Source of the DNA: Escherichia phage vB_Eco_Sem3
Length of the DNA stretch: 45,137 nucleotides
Strand: one strand, 5' to 3'
Sequence record: PV775410.1
Position 1 is the first letter of the stretch; each line of letters starts with the position of its first letter. The notes below the pieces were generated by a model. The model saw only the letters and a list, made by a program, of their open reading frames with translations. It searched no databases and had not been told where the DNA came from. Below, piece after piece: positions 8,859 through 19,263 of the stretch. The position numbers were made by a program, and so were the translations under genes.

Positions 8859-9821
8859 TTATGCTGTGATAATCTTAGCAGTCATCCGGCATTCTGGCAC
8901 TCCCTCTGAGAAAGTAACAATGTCACCGTCTACCTGATAAGCAAGTTTAGGTTGTAATAATCCATCAAGGTAGACCTCAATGTACTTAAATGCAGAGCCA
9001 ATCTGTACTACTTGTTGGCCTTCTGCTAAGTCAAAGTTCAACTCTAACTGAATATTAGGTTCAGATGTAGCCACACGACTACCAATCAGCACATACACCT
9101 CTGTACCCGCCACAAGCGGCTCTGCGAAAGTGATAGTGTTGTTGCTTATAGAGTATGCGCCTACAATTTGGTGCTGCAACACCCCATTAAGGAAAACTAG
9201 TGCATCTTGAAATTCATAAGGTGGTTTTACGGAAATCTCACCACCTTGGGCTATCGTGTACCAAGGAACAGTTCTGTGCGCAATACCAGAAGTCATACCA
9301 GCCTTAAGGCCAGCAATCTCAATGTCCTGTTTGGCGTTCCAATCTGTATGCTTCTTGTCGATGGCATCAAGCTGCCCTTTATTTACTGCATCTCCCGGAT
9401 TTGTGCCATCAGCCAAATCAGTAATCTTATTGCCGCCCCAGCTTACATCCTGTTTAATGAAGTATCCTTCTGGATAAAACCCGTCAAGTAACTCCTGTGT
9501 AATCTCCAGTATATGAATGAAAGAACCATTTAAAGACTTCATATCCAAGGTAACACCACGGTCAAACTCAGCGTATGGATACTCCTTTTGTACTTCCCTT
9601 CTAATACGGAACTTCAAACCTGCAACTGGTGCTACATCAAAAGTAATCTGGTGCGTGCCAGTTAGTTGCCAGCCAGATGTAACCTCAATCCAAGTGTTAC
9701 CTTGAAGAGACTCCACTATCACATCTGAGGCACGAAGATAACCTTTATCCCTACCAGCAAAGCTAAAGGGATAGGTTACTTGCGTACCGTTGGCTATATG
9801 TTCTGTGAAAGTATAACTCAT
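8859..9821 (-). CDS. Tail fiber / tailspike adaptor protein (T7 gp17 N-terminal domain-like)
   Basis: 320 aa; N-terminus MSYTFTEHIANGTQVTYPFSFAGRDKGYLRASDV…; too short to be a receptor-binding fibre, consistent with the adaptor that carries tailspikes in SP6/K1-5-type phages. Confidence 0.7.
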   Translation of the reverse strand: MSYTFTEHIANGTQVTYPFSFAGRDKGYLRASDVIVESLQGNTWIEVTSGWQLTGTHQITFDVAPVAGLKFRIRREVQKEYPYAEFDRGVTLDMKSLNGSFIHILEITQELLDGFYPEGYFIKQDVSWGGNKITDLADGTNPGDAVNKGQLDAIDKKHTDWNAKQDIEIAGLKAGMTSGIAHRTVPWYTIAQGGEISVKPPYEFQDALVFLNGVLQHQIVGAYSISNNTITFAEPLVAGTEVYVLIGSRVATSEPNIQLELNFDLAEGQQVVQIGSAFKYIEVYLDGLLQPKLAYQVDGDIVTFSEGVPECRMTAKIITA

Positions 9822-12121
9822 CAATCCTCCAGTTCATCTAAGCCATAACGCAATGCGTTCTGGATTCCTATTACATTAGCTAGAGGCACTAAGCGTAAAG
9901 CCCTACGTGCCACATCTACACCTTCTGTATCACCCTCTGCGTATTTAGTTATAGAATCTGCTAAACGATATGCATCTTGACCAACACCTACTAGTGGTAT
10001 TTGGTCTATCAAACCCTTAGTCTGAAAGCCAGCCTCATAACGGGATTGTACTAACTCAGAAGGTAGAACACCTAGGCCACCTAAGAAATCTCCACCTAGA
10101 CTAAATACAGCAGTTGTACTCATCATACCCATTGCACCAAAGGCCAACCCTTTAGGCGATAACTTCTCTTCCAAATATTCATCTTGGTCTTCTCGACCAA
10201 TAGAGTTCACATAGGCTTTTGCCGCATACACTATTGAACCCAAAGCAAAACCATAAGCTGTCTTCTTAGCAAGACCAATTTTATCGTGGCGAATCCCTCG
10301 ACCAAATTGCTTCTCACCAGATACAAGAGAGAATGACTTAAGCTGTGCAAATGTCTTACCTAGTGCTTTGTTCATCCAGATACCTTCATCACCAATGAAA
10401 TTACGTTGGATAATTAGACCTGACTTACGACGAATAGCATTAGCTAAAGTTTCACCCATGGCATAAGGCATTGTATCAAAGCCAAGCAAGCCAGAACCTT
10501 TAGAGTTAGCATCATAGTGCTTCTGTAGGTTAGTCATGAACTCCTGAGTAAGACCAAGTTCCTCCAGTTTCTTCTGAGGAATAATCTTCTTGCCTTCAAG
10601 GTGGTCAATGAAAGACAAAGCTATTTGCCTATTGGTCATTCGCTCCAGAGAACCCTGTGCCATGCGGAAGAGGGATAGGTTTGTCTGAGCACGTCGTATA
10701 GAGTTCATGGACTGGTCAAAATGGGCCATCATACCTCGCACTGTGGTTACATCACCAAACTCATCGGGACGCGCACCCTTAGTTGTCAGCCAGTTGTCTT
10801 CACCAATGTAACCTACCATTCGCTCAACCTCAGCTAAATTCTTATCTCGAAAGAAGCCATCGCCATTACGCAACGCCTTAGAGGTGAAGCGGAATTGCTT
10901 ACCTAAAGCCATAGTGGTGGCAGCAATACCAAACTCACCCATGAAGTTAGCAAGTTCACCTAGCTGTGCGAAGCCCATCTGACCTAAGCGAAGTACACCT
11001 GTAATGTCACGCCCACGACGCAGCATTTTAGTAGACAAATCTTGTGGGTTTGAATCGATAGATTTACCCATAATCAAGCGAAGCCCTTCTCGCATCTGAC
11101 GGATTTCTTCATCAATAGCCAGACCAGCTGCTTCATCTTTCTCTTTCAATTTAAGTCGCTTCTTTAACTCTTCAATCTTCTCTTGTGCCTTCTTGTAATC
11201 AGGCTCTGATTGACGGATCTTAGCCGACTCCGCTTCAAATTGTGCGTGTGCTTTTGTATCTTTAGCTGCATTTCGTGCATTTCGCTCTACAAGATCAATT
11301 GCATTAAGTGCAGCCTGATAGGTAGAGAAACCTTGACGAGCCAAGGCAGCACCACCTGCCGCTTCCTTCATGTAGTTATCTGTTAACTCTTCCACGTTAG
11401 TGTTCATAAAGTCACGCATACGAATGCCATTGTACTCTTGAGTAACATCTAAGCCTAAACTCATCTTAGCTCGGTTAGAGATATTATCTCTGGTTTCTTT
11501 ATTATCCAGAGCTTCTACCATCTTTTCAATCTCTTCATCACTAAAGCCTGCTTTGCGCATTAGTGCTTCATATTCTGCTTTGGTTTGACCAGACATAGCC
11601 TTTTCAAAGCTAAGCTGTCCGGTCAGGGTGGCATCAGCAACGCGGTTTACTTGTGCTCGTGCAATATCATCAGCCACTTCCTTTGGAACCTTACGAGAAC
11701 CATTCTGGTATGCACGAGAGAATAACTCAATGATGTCCTCTTTATCGTGCATACTGAATTGACGACGAGCCTTCATACTATCAAAAATATCAGGCATGTA
11801 CTTATCATCTGCTTTAACCTTTTCAAACCCAGATTCACCAGAGCGTTGACGTAATGCTAATGCTTCACGATACATAGCTTGCTGCCCCTCTGCTGCCATA
11901 CGGATAGACTTAGGCGTAGACTCATCCATACCGATGCGTACAGCTTCCCATACCTTCTCATTATATTGCTGCACATAGTGAGAGTTAGTATGACCTGCAA
12001 CCGGGTTGATATTATTCTCTTTGAGCCATAAATCGAACCCATCATTGAAACGATTCATATCAGCAGATTTCAGACGGTTCAAGTTAGTATTCTGCATGAG
12101 ACTAGCAGATGCTTTCTGCAT
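9821..12121 (-). CDS. Internal virion (ejectosome/core) protein, 766 aa
   Basis: Large protein in the T7 gp15/gp16 position; assigned by synteny and size. Confidence 0.6.
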   Translation of the reverse strand: MQKASASLMQNTNLNRLKSADMNRFNDGFDLWLKENNINPVAGHTNSHYVQQYNEKVWEAVRIGMDESTPKSIRMAAEGQQAMYREALALRQRSGESGFEKVKADDKYMPDIFDSMKARRQFSMHDKEDIIELFSRAYQNGSRKVPKEVADDIARAQVNRVADATLTGQLSFEKAMSGQTKAEYEALMRKAGFSDEEIEKMVEALDNKETRDNISNRAKMSLGLDVTQEYNGIRMRDFMNTNVEELTDNYMKEAAGGAALARQGFSTYQAALNAIDLVERNARNAAKDTKAHAQFEAESAKIRQSEPDYKKAQEKIEELKKRLKLKEKDEAAGLAIDEEIRQMREGLRLIMGKSIDSNPQDLSTKMLRRGRDITGVLRLGQMGFAQLGELANFMGEFGIAATTMALGKQFRFTSKALRNGDGFFRDKNLAEVERMVGYIGEDNWLTTKGARPDEFGDVTTVRGMMAHFDQSMNSIRRAQTNLSLFRMAQGSLERMTNRQIALSFIDHLEGKKIIPQKKLEELGLTQEFMTNLQKHYDANSKGSGLLGFDTMPYAMGETLANAIRRKSGLIIQRNFIGDEGIWMNKALGKTFAQLKSFSLVSGEKQFGRGIRHDKIGLAKKTAYGFALGSIVYAAKAYVNSIGREDQDEYLEEKLSPKGLAFGAMGMMSTTAVFSLGGDFLGGLGVLPSELVQSRYEAGFQTKGLIDQIPLVGVGQDAYRLADSITKYAEGDTEGVDVARRALRLVPLANVIGIQNALRYGLDELED

Positions 12122-12123
12122 AC

Positions 12124-13128
12124 CTAAGCCTTGGGGGACTCAAACAGGCGAGCACCAAGGCCGCGTACACTTGCATCCTGAGAGGAATGTACGACAGTAC
12201 CAAGGGCAGACAGAGTTCCGGCCCAGCGGCGAGGGGCCATATCAATTGCATTACCTTCCCGCTGTAGGGTTTTCAGCAAATCTTCACCTTTGCTAGAGAT
12301 ATCAAATGCACCCTCAGTGAGTACCTCTTCACCCTTAACACGCATCGCACCGATACTATCATCAGCAACAGCACGCACATAGCGGTCCCCTGCGTCTGCA
12401 CTGCGCACAATACTCGCAGCCCTGTCATCTCCTTGCTCACTGAGCTTAGTGGCCCTACCACGCGCTACAGCTCCAATAACGCCACCCATAGCCATACCGG
12501 AGCCTAGTGCTACCATAATGTCATCTAAATCACGAGTCATGTCACCTTGGACCAATATGGATTCAATAGCGGCATTACTTACGCCAGCGGCGATAGCGCC
12601 ACGCACAGCACGGCCTACGAGTCCAACTTTAGCGGCACCACCGGTTGGAATAGAGGCAACCCATCCCACAGGGTCAAGCACAGCAGCGCCAATCGTCGCC
12701 ACAGAGCCAACCCAGCCAGCCTGAGCAATGCGCTTATTGCGCTCAAGGTCTTCATCAGCATTCTGAATACGGAAGTTCAATTCATCCTCAGAACGAACAC
12801 CCTCAGTGATTGTCTGCATCATATCTGTACCATATTTGAAACGTAGTGCTTCACGTTGCTCAGGTTGTATCTCGAAGTCTGGTTGAGGTGTGAAATCAGC
12901 AGTGGCACGGTCATACCACCGCTTGCCTCCAAATGCCAACCACTCATTCTGGAAGGCAGCACCTACAGCACCTAAGATATCAGCATCAGCTTTAGCTTCA
13001 AGAACTTGCTCTTGTAACTCATTACGCTGGCGTATCGTAGGAGCCGATACCGGAGCCGCCTCAATAGAAAACGGCTCAGGAGTAGACTGGACATATCCAG
13101 CCCAATTAGTCTTAATGTCTTGTTCCAT
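12124..13128 (-). CDS. Internal virion protein, 334 aa (Ala/Gly-rich hydrophobic core)
   Basis: RBS GGAGGAA; may be the N-terminal part of a split gp16-like protein together with 9821-12121. Confidence 0.5.
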   Translation of the reverse strand: MEQDIKTNWAGYVQSTPEPFSIEAAPVSAPTIRQRNELQEQVLEAKADADILGAVGAAFQNEWLAFGGKRWYDRATADFTPQPDFEIQPEQREALRFKYGTDMMQTITEGVRSEDELNFRIQNADEDLERNKRIAQAGWVGSVATIGAAVLDPVGWVASIPTGGAAKVGLVGRAVRGAIAAGVSNAAIESILVQGDMTRDLDDIMVALGSGMAMGGVIGAVARGRATKLSEQGDDRAASIVRSADAGDRYVRAVADDSIGAMRVKGEEVLTEGAFDISSKGEDLLKTLQREGNAIDMAPRRWAGTLSALGTVVHSSQDASVRGLGARLFESPKA

Positions 13129-13159
13129 AATTCCTCCATAGTGCCTATCATAAAGACCT

Positions 13160-13175
13160 GTCTCACATGTGAGAC
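13160..13175. repeat. Perfect 16-bp palindrome GTCTCACATGTGAGAC (intergenic hairpin element, copy 1)
   Basis: Read directly; flanked by CCT/AGG extensions; followed on the transcribed strand by TCTTTAT. Confidence 0.8.
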
Positions 13176-13192
13176 AAGCCTTGAGTTAGATA

Positions 13193-16141
13193 CTACAACT
13201 TAAATTTACCTACCTTAGAACCTTTAGCTAGCTTGGTAGGTGCAGCCTCATAAACTTGATACCAACCATTCGCGCCAATACGTTTATGAGTCCATGCCGA
13301 GACAGAGCCTGCTGGCATAGGTCCACCAAACCTAACCCACATGGAGCCATCTTCACGAGTCTCCACTTCGGTAATCTTAGGCACACCACCAGCAGATGCC
13401 ATATTGTATGCCTCAGCGCGTCGCTTCAGTAGACCAGGGATACGCTTACCTTCACTTGATGCAGTGCCCAGCATTTCGATAAAGCCTTCCGTAAGCTTAC
13501 CAGCTTTGAATGCAGCAAGAGCACGCGGTGAGTTCTGGATTCCACCTTTACCTAAATTGTAGGTTAAATCCATCAAGCCACGTTGCTGTGCAGGATGCAT
13601 CTGGTCAAACGGAATCTTCCAGTCACGAGTAGGAGGCACATGCTTCTTGGCATCTTGCTCCATAAGAGCGCGAGCCTTGCTCTCTGTAAGCTGAGACATA
13701 GACCCTCGATAGGGAACTAGTTCATCACCAATCTTAATATACCCGTTTCGCTTCTCTTCTTCCGTTAAGAAATGACCGTAACCGATAGACTCACCGCGAG
13801 CGTCTTTATATGGAGTAAAGGTTCCAGTTGCTCTATTAAAGCCAACTTTGTCTTTATTCTCATCCATAGCTAGCTTGTCATAGAATTGTTGCATATTACC
13901 TCGATAGTTAATCTCGAAGTTAGAAGGCAGATTCTCACCAGAAGCAAAAGCTGAAGACATGAGGAAGTTAGCTAGTCCAAATTTACCAATATCTTTGGCA
14001 GTTGGTTTAGCTGGCATAGGCTCTTGTACACCAATATCTGTACGATACGGGTGAACATACTCGCCTTTATCTCGTTCCTCTACTTTCTTCTGATAGGCAG
14101 AATCTAGTAGTGAAGTAGTATCTAAAGAGGTTACAGGGATTACTCCAGAAAGAGGGCGACCTGCTGCACCAGCACGAATCACAAAAGTTCCTTTCTGTTC
14201 ATTGTAATCAATGTATATATCATCTTTAGTTTCCCACTCTTGAAGCTCCTTCTTCAATTCTGGCATCTGTGTTTCTACATACCTACCAAGCGCCAGAGGT
14301 ACATCGGTAGGGTTTACGCCTTTCCCAACTGACATAAGCATATCAGATGCAGAAGTGTAATCACCTTTAATGAAATAGCCACCGGAAGTCTTTGCATCCT
14401 CTGTTTGAGTGTAGCGTTTATTGCCCCAAGTAATTAAAGCCTTCTTGATAGAATCCATGTTACGCATACCACTAGACCACAACATATTGGCCTTAGCTCG
14501 TAACTCTTCTTCCGCAATAGCTTTACCTAAGTCTGACACTTCGGTTTTACCATCAAACCAGCCAGCACCAGATACCTCATCCAGTGCATCTCCAATAGCT
14601 GAGTTGAACTTCTTGGTTTCCTTCTCAGTACGAGAGAATTTCTGCTGTGCTTCACGCGCAAACCTTGCAGCCTGCAAGGGTGTCTCTCCCATTTGTAGTG
14701 CAGTGTTGTAGTTATCCATGTAGCCATTCACCGTGTCACCAAAGACACCTCGGCTCTCTTCTGGTAACTGTTCCCACAACTGGCGAATAGTCATCAACTC
14801 CTGTGGTTCGCCCTTGGCAAAGTGCTCAGGCGATAGCATAGATTCCATGGCTTTGATACGAGACTCAAAGGTATCATCCACTAAGCCTTTGGAGTTCATG
14901 AATTGCAGGCGCTGCACTTCCACTGCACCACGAATAGCTTCAGCCTCTTGACTGTAAGGGTCCAAGCCACGTTGTTTGATTTGCTGGTCTGCATAAAGTT
15001 GGCTATCCTGTTTGATAACATCAATGTAAGCCTTCTTCTCTTTATCAGTCTTACCTTGGAAGCCAGTAAGGCGGTCGGAGTAAAGCTCACGTCGCATATC
15101 CTGCATTGCACCTAGCTCTGCATTCTGCTTAGCCCGTTGGCGCATCAGTGCCTCTAGCTCTGGATTAGAGAAGACAGAGTTACCTGTCAGATTATTAATG
15201 TGCTGTGCTCGTTCCAACAATTCTTCATCAGTTAAATCACCTGCAAGGTAGGATTCTTTAACTTCGAAAGACATACGAGTTACATCAGCTACATTATTCC
15301 TAGCCCAAACTGCATTACCACTAGTGATGGCTGTGATAAGCTGTGGATTCTTAGCATAAACAGAAACACCCTTATCGTCCTTCACATACTTCAGGGCTTC
15401 AGCCATGCTAACATCACCGCCTTGTGCAAGTGAAATTGCTCGCTGGACTAACTTCTTGTGCATCTGTTCAGGTAGTAACCCTTGAGTAAGACCTTCGCGG
15501 ATTCGTTCCTGTAAAGCATAGCCAGAGGCTTCAGGGTCAATATTAGAATCCCAAGTAGAAGCCACTCGCCCGTCAAAGGTATCCTCACGGTCTGCTTGTT
15601 CACGGTCAAGTTTATGCTGGGTTCGTGTAGCCCAAATCTGAGGCTGCTGTTCTTGGAAGACATTAGTGACCATACGCATAGTATCTTTGTCACCTTGCAA
15701 CTCAGGGTATTGCTGGAACAGCTTATTCTGCATCTCATTACGAGAGTCAACCATAAGTTGTGTCCACTCGTCATCCGTTCCTTGGAAACGAGTAGCCATG
15801 TCTTTCATTCGTGCTGCTTCATCATTAGCTAGCAGTTGAGCTTTGACAAGCATGTTAGCACGAGCGCCACCACGAGTTGCATCCTCAGAAGGCATTAATC
15901 CGTTATATGCCCGTTCCATTTGAACAACCTTATCTTCCTCAATCTTTTGATTAAGGATACCAGTGGTTACATCAGCTACACTACTGGCTGCTCGAATAAG
16001 GTCTTCGATAAATCGACTACCGGAGGTAGAAGCTACGCCAGCCTCCACACCTCCAACTCGCTGAGGTGCAAAGGTCATGACATTAGGGGAAGTGGCCTGC
16101 ACTTGTGGCAGACCTTGTACTGCTTGTCGCTCAATTGCCAT
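13193..16141 (-). CDS. Internal virion protein with lysozyme-like peptidoglycan hydrolase domain, 982 aa
   Basis: C-terminal region (…GYGHFLTEEEKRNGYIKIGDEL…LTESKARALMEQD…GLMDLTYNLGKGG…) looks like a phage lysozyme fold; TAATG overlap with the upstream gene. Confidence 0.6.
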   Translation of the reverse strand: MAIERQAVQGLPQVQATSPNVMTFAPQRVGGVEAGVASTSGSRFIEDLIRAASSVADVTTGILNQKIEEDKVVQMERAYNGLMPSEDATRGGARANMLVKAQLLANDEAARMKDMATRFQGTDDEWTQLMVDSRNEMQNKLFQQYPELQGDKDTMRMVTNVFQEQQPQIWATRTQHKLDREQADREDTFDGRVASTWDSNIDPEASGYALQERIREGLTQGLLPEQMHKKLVQRAISLAQGGDVSMAEALKYVKDDKGVSVYAKNPQLITAITSGNAVWARNNVADVTRMSFEVKESYLAGDLTDEELLERAQHINNLTGNSVFSNPELEALMRQRAKQNAELGAMQDMRRELYSDRLTGFQGKTDKEKKAYIDVIKQDSQLYADQQIKQRGLDPYSQEAEAIRGAVEVQRLQFMNSKGLVDDTFESRIKAMESMLSPEHFAKGEPQELMTIRQLWEQLPEESRGVFGDTVNGYMDNYNTALQMGETPLQAARFAREAQQKFSRTEKETKKFNSAIGDALDEVSGAGWFDGKTEVSDLGKAIAEEELRAKANMLWSSGMRNMDSIKKALITWGNKRYTQTEDAKTSGGYFIKGDYTSASDMLMSVGKGVNPTDVPLALGRYVETQMPELKKELQEWETKDDIYIDYNEQKGTFVIRAGAAGRPLSGVIPVTSLDTTSLLDSAYQKKVEERDKGEYVHPYRTDIGVQEPMPAKPTAKDIGKFGLANFLMSSAFASGENLPSNFEINYRGNMQQFYDKLAMDENKDKVGFNRATGTFTPYKDARGESIGYGHFLTEEEKRNGYIKIGDELVPYRGSMSQLTESKARALMEQDAKKHVPPTRDWKIPFDQMHPAQQRGLMDLTYNLGKGGIQNSPRALAAFKAGKLTEGFIEMLGTASSEGKRIPGLLKRRAEAYNMASAGGVPKITEVETREDGSMWVRFGGPMPAGSVSAWTHKRIGANGWYQVYEAAPTKLAKGSKVGKFKL

Positions 16142-16861
16142 TAAATACCTCTTGTTCCAGATGAATATGTACGAGAATCAGTTAAAGCTTTACCTAAAGC
16201 CATGCCGGACTTACTACCTGTTACATAGGCAGATGCCAGACTCGGTATACCTTGCACCAAGGTGCTCACGGCAGAAGGCTTCTTAAACTCACGCATCTGC
16301 ATCTGTCCACCTCGCTGGATAGATTTAAGCTGATTGGTGAAGTTAATCTTCTGATTCTCATAGTTATCAATAATTGTACTCTGGTTCCTCCCGCCCTCTG
16401 CTGCTAAGTCATTCAGCATAGAAGATACAGAGTTACCACCAGTACCAGTAGCACCTGCTAGTAATGCAACCTGTGCTCGCTGCTGTAGTAGTGAAGCCTG
16501 ATTGCTTATTGCATCTGCATGATATTGTTTAGCAGCAGAACGCTCTGCATCTGCTACTGTTTTGTATGCTTCTTGTGTAGCAATAAGTTGCTGCCGCCAC
16601 TGTTCTTCTTGTGCTTTCTTCATTGCCTTGGCTTCATCACTTCCACCAAAGAGATCACCAATCAAGCCTAAACCTTGAAGGCCAGCACCAAGAAGCCCAG
16701 CATTAGAGAAGCCAGCAGTAGAGCCGCTTAGGAAGCCACCTAGAGAACCTAGCAAGCCTCCGCCACCTGCGGCAGCACCTCCAGCAGCGGCTGCTGCAGC
16801 TGCCTGTAAACATACTACCAATAGAAGACATACCAGCCATAACGGCAGAACCTATAGCCAT
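16141..16861 (-). CDS. Internal virion protein A-like (Gly/Ala-rich), with an apparent frame discontinuity near the 5' end
   Basis: Strong RBS AAAAGGAGGG plus ATG at 16861 (TAATG-coupled to tail tubular B) opens a frame that turns Cys/Arg/Trp-rich after about 20 codons; the long Gly/Ala-rich ORF (16141-16821) is in the +1 frame and has only a TTG start with no RBS. Confidence 0.5.
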
Positions 16862-19263
16862 TAGACCCTCCTTTTGGTTGGATTGTAGCTCCCTTCCCAC
16901 TCAATATCACGAAGCTGGAATGTGTGGGGTGACTCTACAATAATACGATAAACAACATCCGTGCTCTTAGCTCTCAGTGGAAATCTGAAGACACCTTCTC
17001 TCGGTTCAACATAGCCTACTGTATTATTGAGAGCACCACCTATACGGTTTGACGCTAATACTCTACGTACTTTACCACTCTTCACATTCTTAACTTCTAC
17101 GGAGAAATCGGGGTACATGTCAAGATTAAGGTGAACCAATCCTACAACTGGTACATCAATATAGGATACACGGTCTTGATTGTCTCTGATAACCACAGGT
17201 GTAGGTTCAAACTCTTGAGGGTAAATCTGACCAACAATAACCTTCGCTTTTACATGACTGTCATCATACATATCAAAGGTTGTAGACAAAGTATTGTCAC
17301 TAGGGTTGTACTTGAATAAGAAAGAGCCACCAATATATGAATCCCAACCCTCGATTAAGATGCAATCTAAAAGTTCTGGGTTAGTAGGAGTCCAAGGAAG
17401 CGGTTCAGACACCCATTCATCTTCTGCTTTAAAATACTTGAAGACTAACTCTGCTTGCCTATCCATTCTGATGCGGTCATTCAAACCGTAGGTTAGTGCA
17501 TCACCCATGTCCATCTTCTCCAGATATACGCCATCTCCTCGCTCAAGGAGCAGGTAAAGTAATTCACCAGAATAAAACATACCTCGCACCTTTGTACCTA
17601 TAGGCCACTTCCATACATGCCATGCCGATTGTACACGGTCTGTTCCTTGCCATAACCAATCGTAGCAGTAGATTATGTTACGATACTTATCGGTAGTGAC
17701 AAGTAACCTGTTGACATTGGTGCTTGCTGCCATGTTGGTAATGTTACCTTCGATGAGTTTATTCACATGACTTGTGATTGCTTGTGCCTTCTTAGTGTCA
17801 CTATAAGAGTCTGTATAGAACTCTCGTACACCAGAGTAAGAACCATCATTAGTGGCAAACATTACCGATTCACCAGTTACTACTGGCTTCACTTTATTGT
17901 TCACTTCAAATGTTGTAACAGGCTTAAGAAGTGCATTTGACTTCTCTAAAGGCTTATCGCCTGGCAGTATGAATTGTGACTTATCAGAGAACAACACGGT
18001 AGCGCCATCTAAGGTCACTGCATGTTTTAGCTGGTAGACTTCACTAGCATCTGAGAAAATATCAAATGGGTCAGTTGCCAATGCAGAGATAACCGTATAA
18101 CGAAAGAAATCGAAGAAGTATGATGTACGAGAAGCAATAACCGCTTCACCTGCTGTAAAGCATAGGCGGTTCTGCACCATGAACATTCCACCTATTGTCT
18201 GGGGTACCTCCTCATCAATAAAAGAGGGCATAGGGTTAGTCAAGTCATCCCCTACTTTACGATCTTCCCAATCACCTTGTCTTATCTTGAATTGAGCTAT
18301 GCCGTTGATGATATCTGTACGTTCAATAATGTAAGGCATTGTGCCTTTATCAAACCCAAGTAATACATCAGCAGCTATTGTTTCTTTCCAAGACACAAGG
18401 TTTCCCTCTTTAGGCTCAGCTTGCAGCCAGTAACGAGACTCAGGTTTGCTGCCAGTAGGCCACACTTGTACTTTATAACCAGCAGGCGCACGAGAAGGGA
18501 GTAGGTCAGTAGAGCTAACTTTATTCTTGATAGCCACTAAGTCCTTACCTTTTGCACCATCGGTGGTTGTTATTGTAAAGCTAGCACCATCCCGTCTCTC
18601 GATAAATATACTAGTACCGTCTCTTTGTATTTCATAGTCACTCACACCGCTCCATTGCTGCAACTTAGAGTACAATTCAGAAGTGATACGTTCAGTTCGA
18701 ATTTGTTCAACATGGTCTGCACTTCCACCATCCGGTGTTTTAAAACTAGCAGCGTTGGTCCCATTAATTACAATGGAATAAGATGTACCATATTGACCAT
18801 ACGCACAAAACACAATGGCTTTGTTTCCAACTTTAGGTGACTTCCTGTTACTAGCTTTAACTACCTTCCTACGATTAAGCATGAAAGTAACATCAGCTAT
18901 CGTCATGAATTGTACATCTTCCCTTGGATTAACAACCTCAGAGAGGTAGGTCATAGGTGCATCTTGTGAAGTAACATTACATTTGCGCCCATACTTATCA
19001 AATATCTCAGGAACTTGTCCTTTCTTCAACGTGAAGAAATACTCTTCATCACCATCACCTCTGCGATAATGATGAATAGCCATGTCATCAGTCCCCGCAT
19101 CAAGTATCTTTGCAATATGAGTTGTACCCATGCGTGATTGAGTACCATTCACTACATCAGGTATCATATTAACCATAGCTGTGCACTGACCATCCAAGCG
19201 TACCGCTGGCGGCTGCTGGCTAATCCCTTGGATTTGTCTACCTAATGAACCTTGTACTTCCAT
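16861..19263 (-). CDS. Tail tubular protein B
   Basis: About 800 aa, T7 gp12-sized; start at MEVQGSLG with RBS GGGAGGA and a 1-nt overlap with the tail tubular A stop. Confidence 0.85.
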   Translation of the reverse strand: MEVQGSLGRQIQGISQQPPAVRLDGQCTAMVNMIPDVVNGTQSRMGTTHIAKILDAGTDDMAIHHYRRGDGDEEYFFTLKKGQVPEIFDKYGRKCNVTSQDAPMTYLSEVVNPREDVQFMTIADVTFMLNRRKVVKASNRKSPKVGNKAIVFCAYGQYGTSYSIVINGTNAASFKTPDGGSADHVEQIRTERITSELYSKLQQWSGVSDYEIQRDGTSIFIERRDGASFTITTTDGAKGKDLVAIKNKVSSTDLLPSRAPAGYKVQVWPTGSKPESRYWLQAEPKEGNLVSWKETIAADVLLGFDKGTMPYIIERTDIINGIAQFKIRQGDWEDRKVGDDLTNPMPSFIDEEVPQTIGGMFMVQNRLCFTAGEAVIASRTSYFFDFFRYTVISALATDPFDIFSDASEVYQLKHAVTLDGATVLFSDKSQFILPGDKPLEKSNALLKPVTTFEVNNKVKPVVTGESVMFATNDGSYSGVREFYTDSYSDTKKAQAITSHVNKLIEGNITNMAASTNVNRLLVTTDKYRNIIYCYDWLWQGTDRVQSAWHVWKWPIGTKVRGMFYSGELLYLLLERGDGVYLEKMDMGDALTYGLNDRIRMDRQAELVFKYFKAEDEWVSEPLPWTPTNPELLDCILIEGWDSYIGGSFLFKYNPSDNTLSTTFDMYDDSHVKAKVIVGQIYPQEFEPTPVVIRDNQDRVSYIDVPVVGLVHLNLDMYPDFSVEVKNVKSGKVRRVLASNRIGGALNNTVGYVEPREGVFRFPLRAKSTDVVYRIIVESPHTFQLRDIEWEGSYNPTKRRV

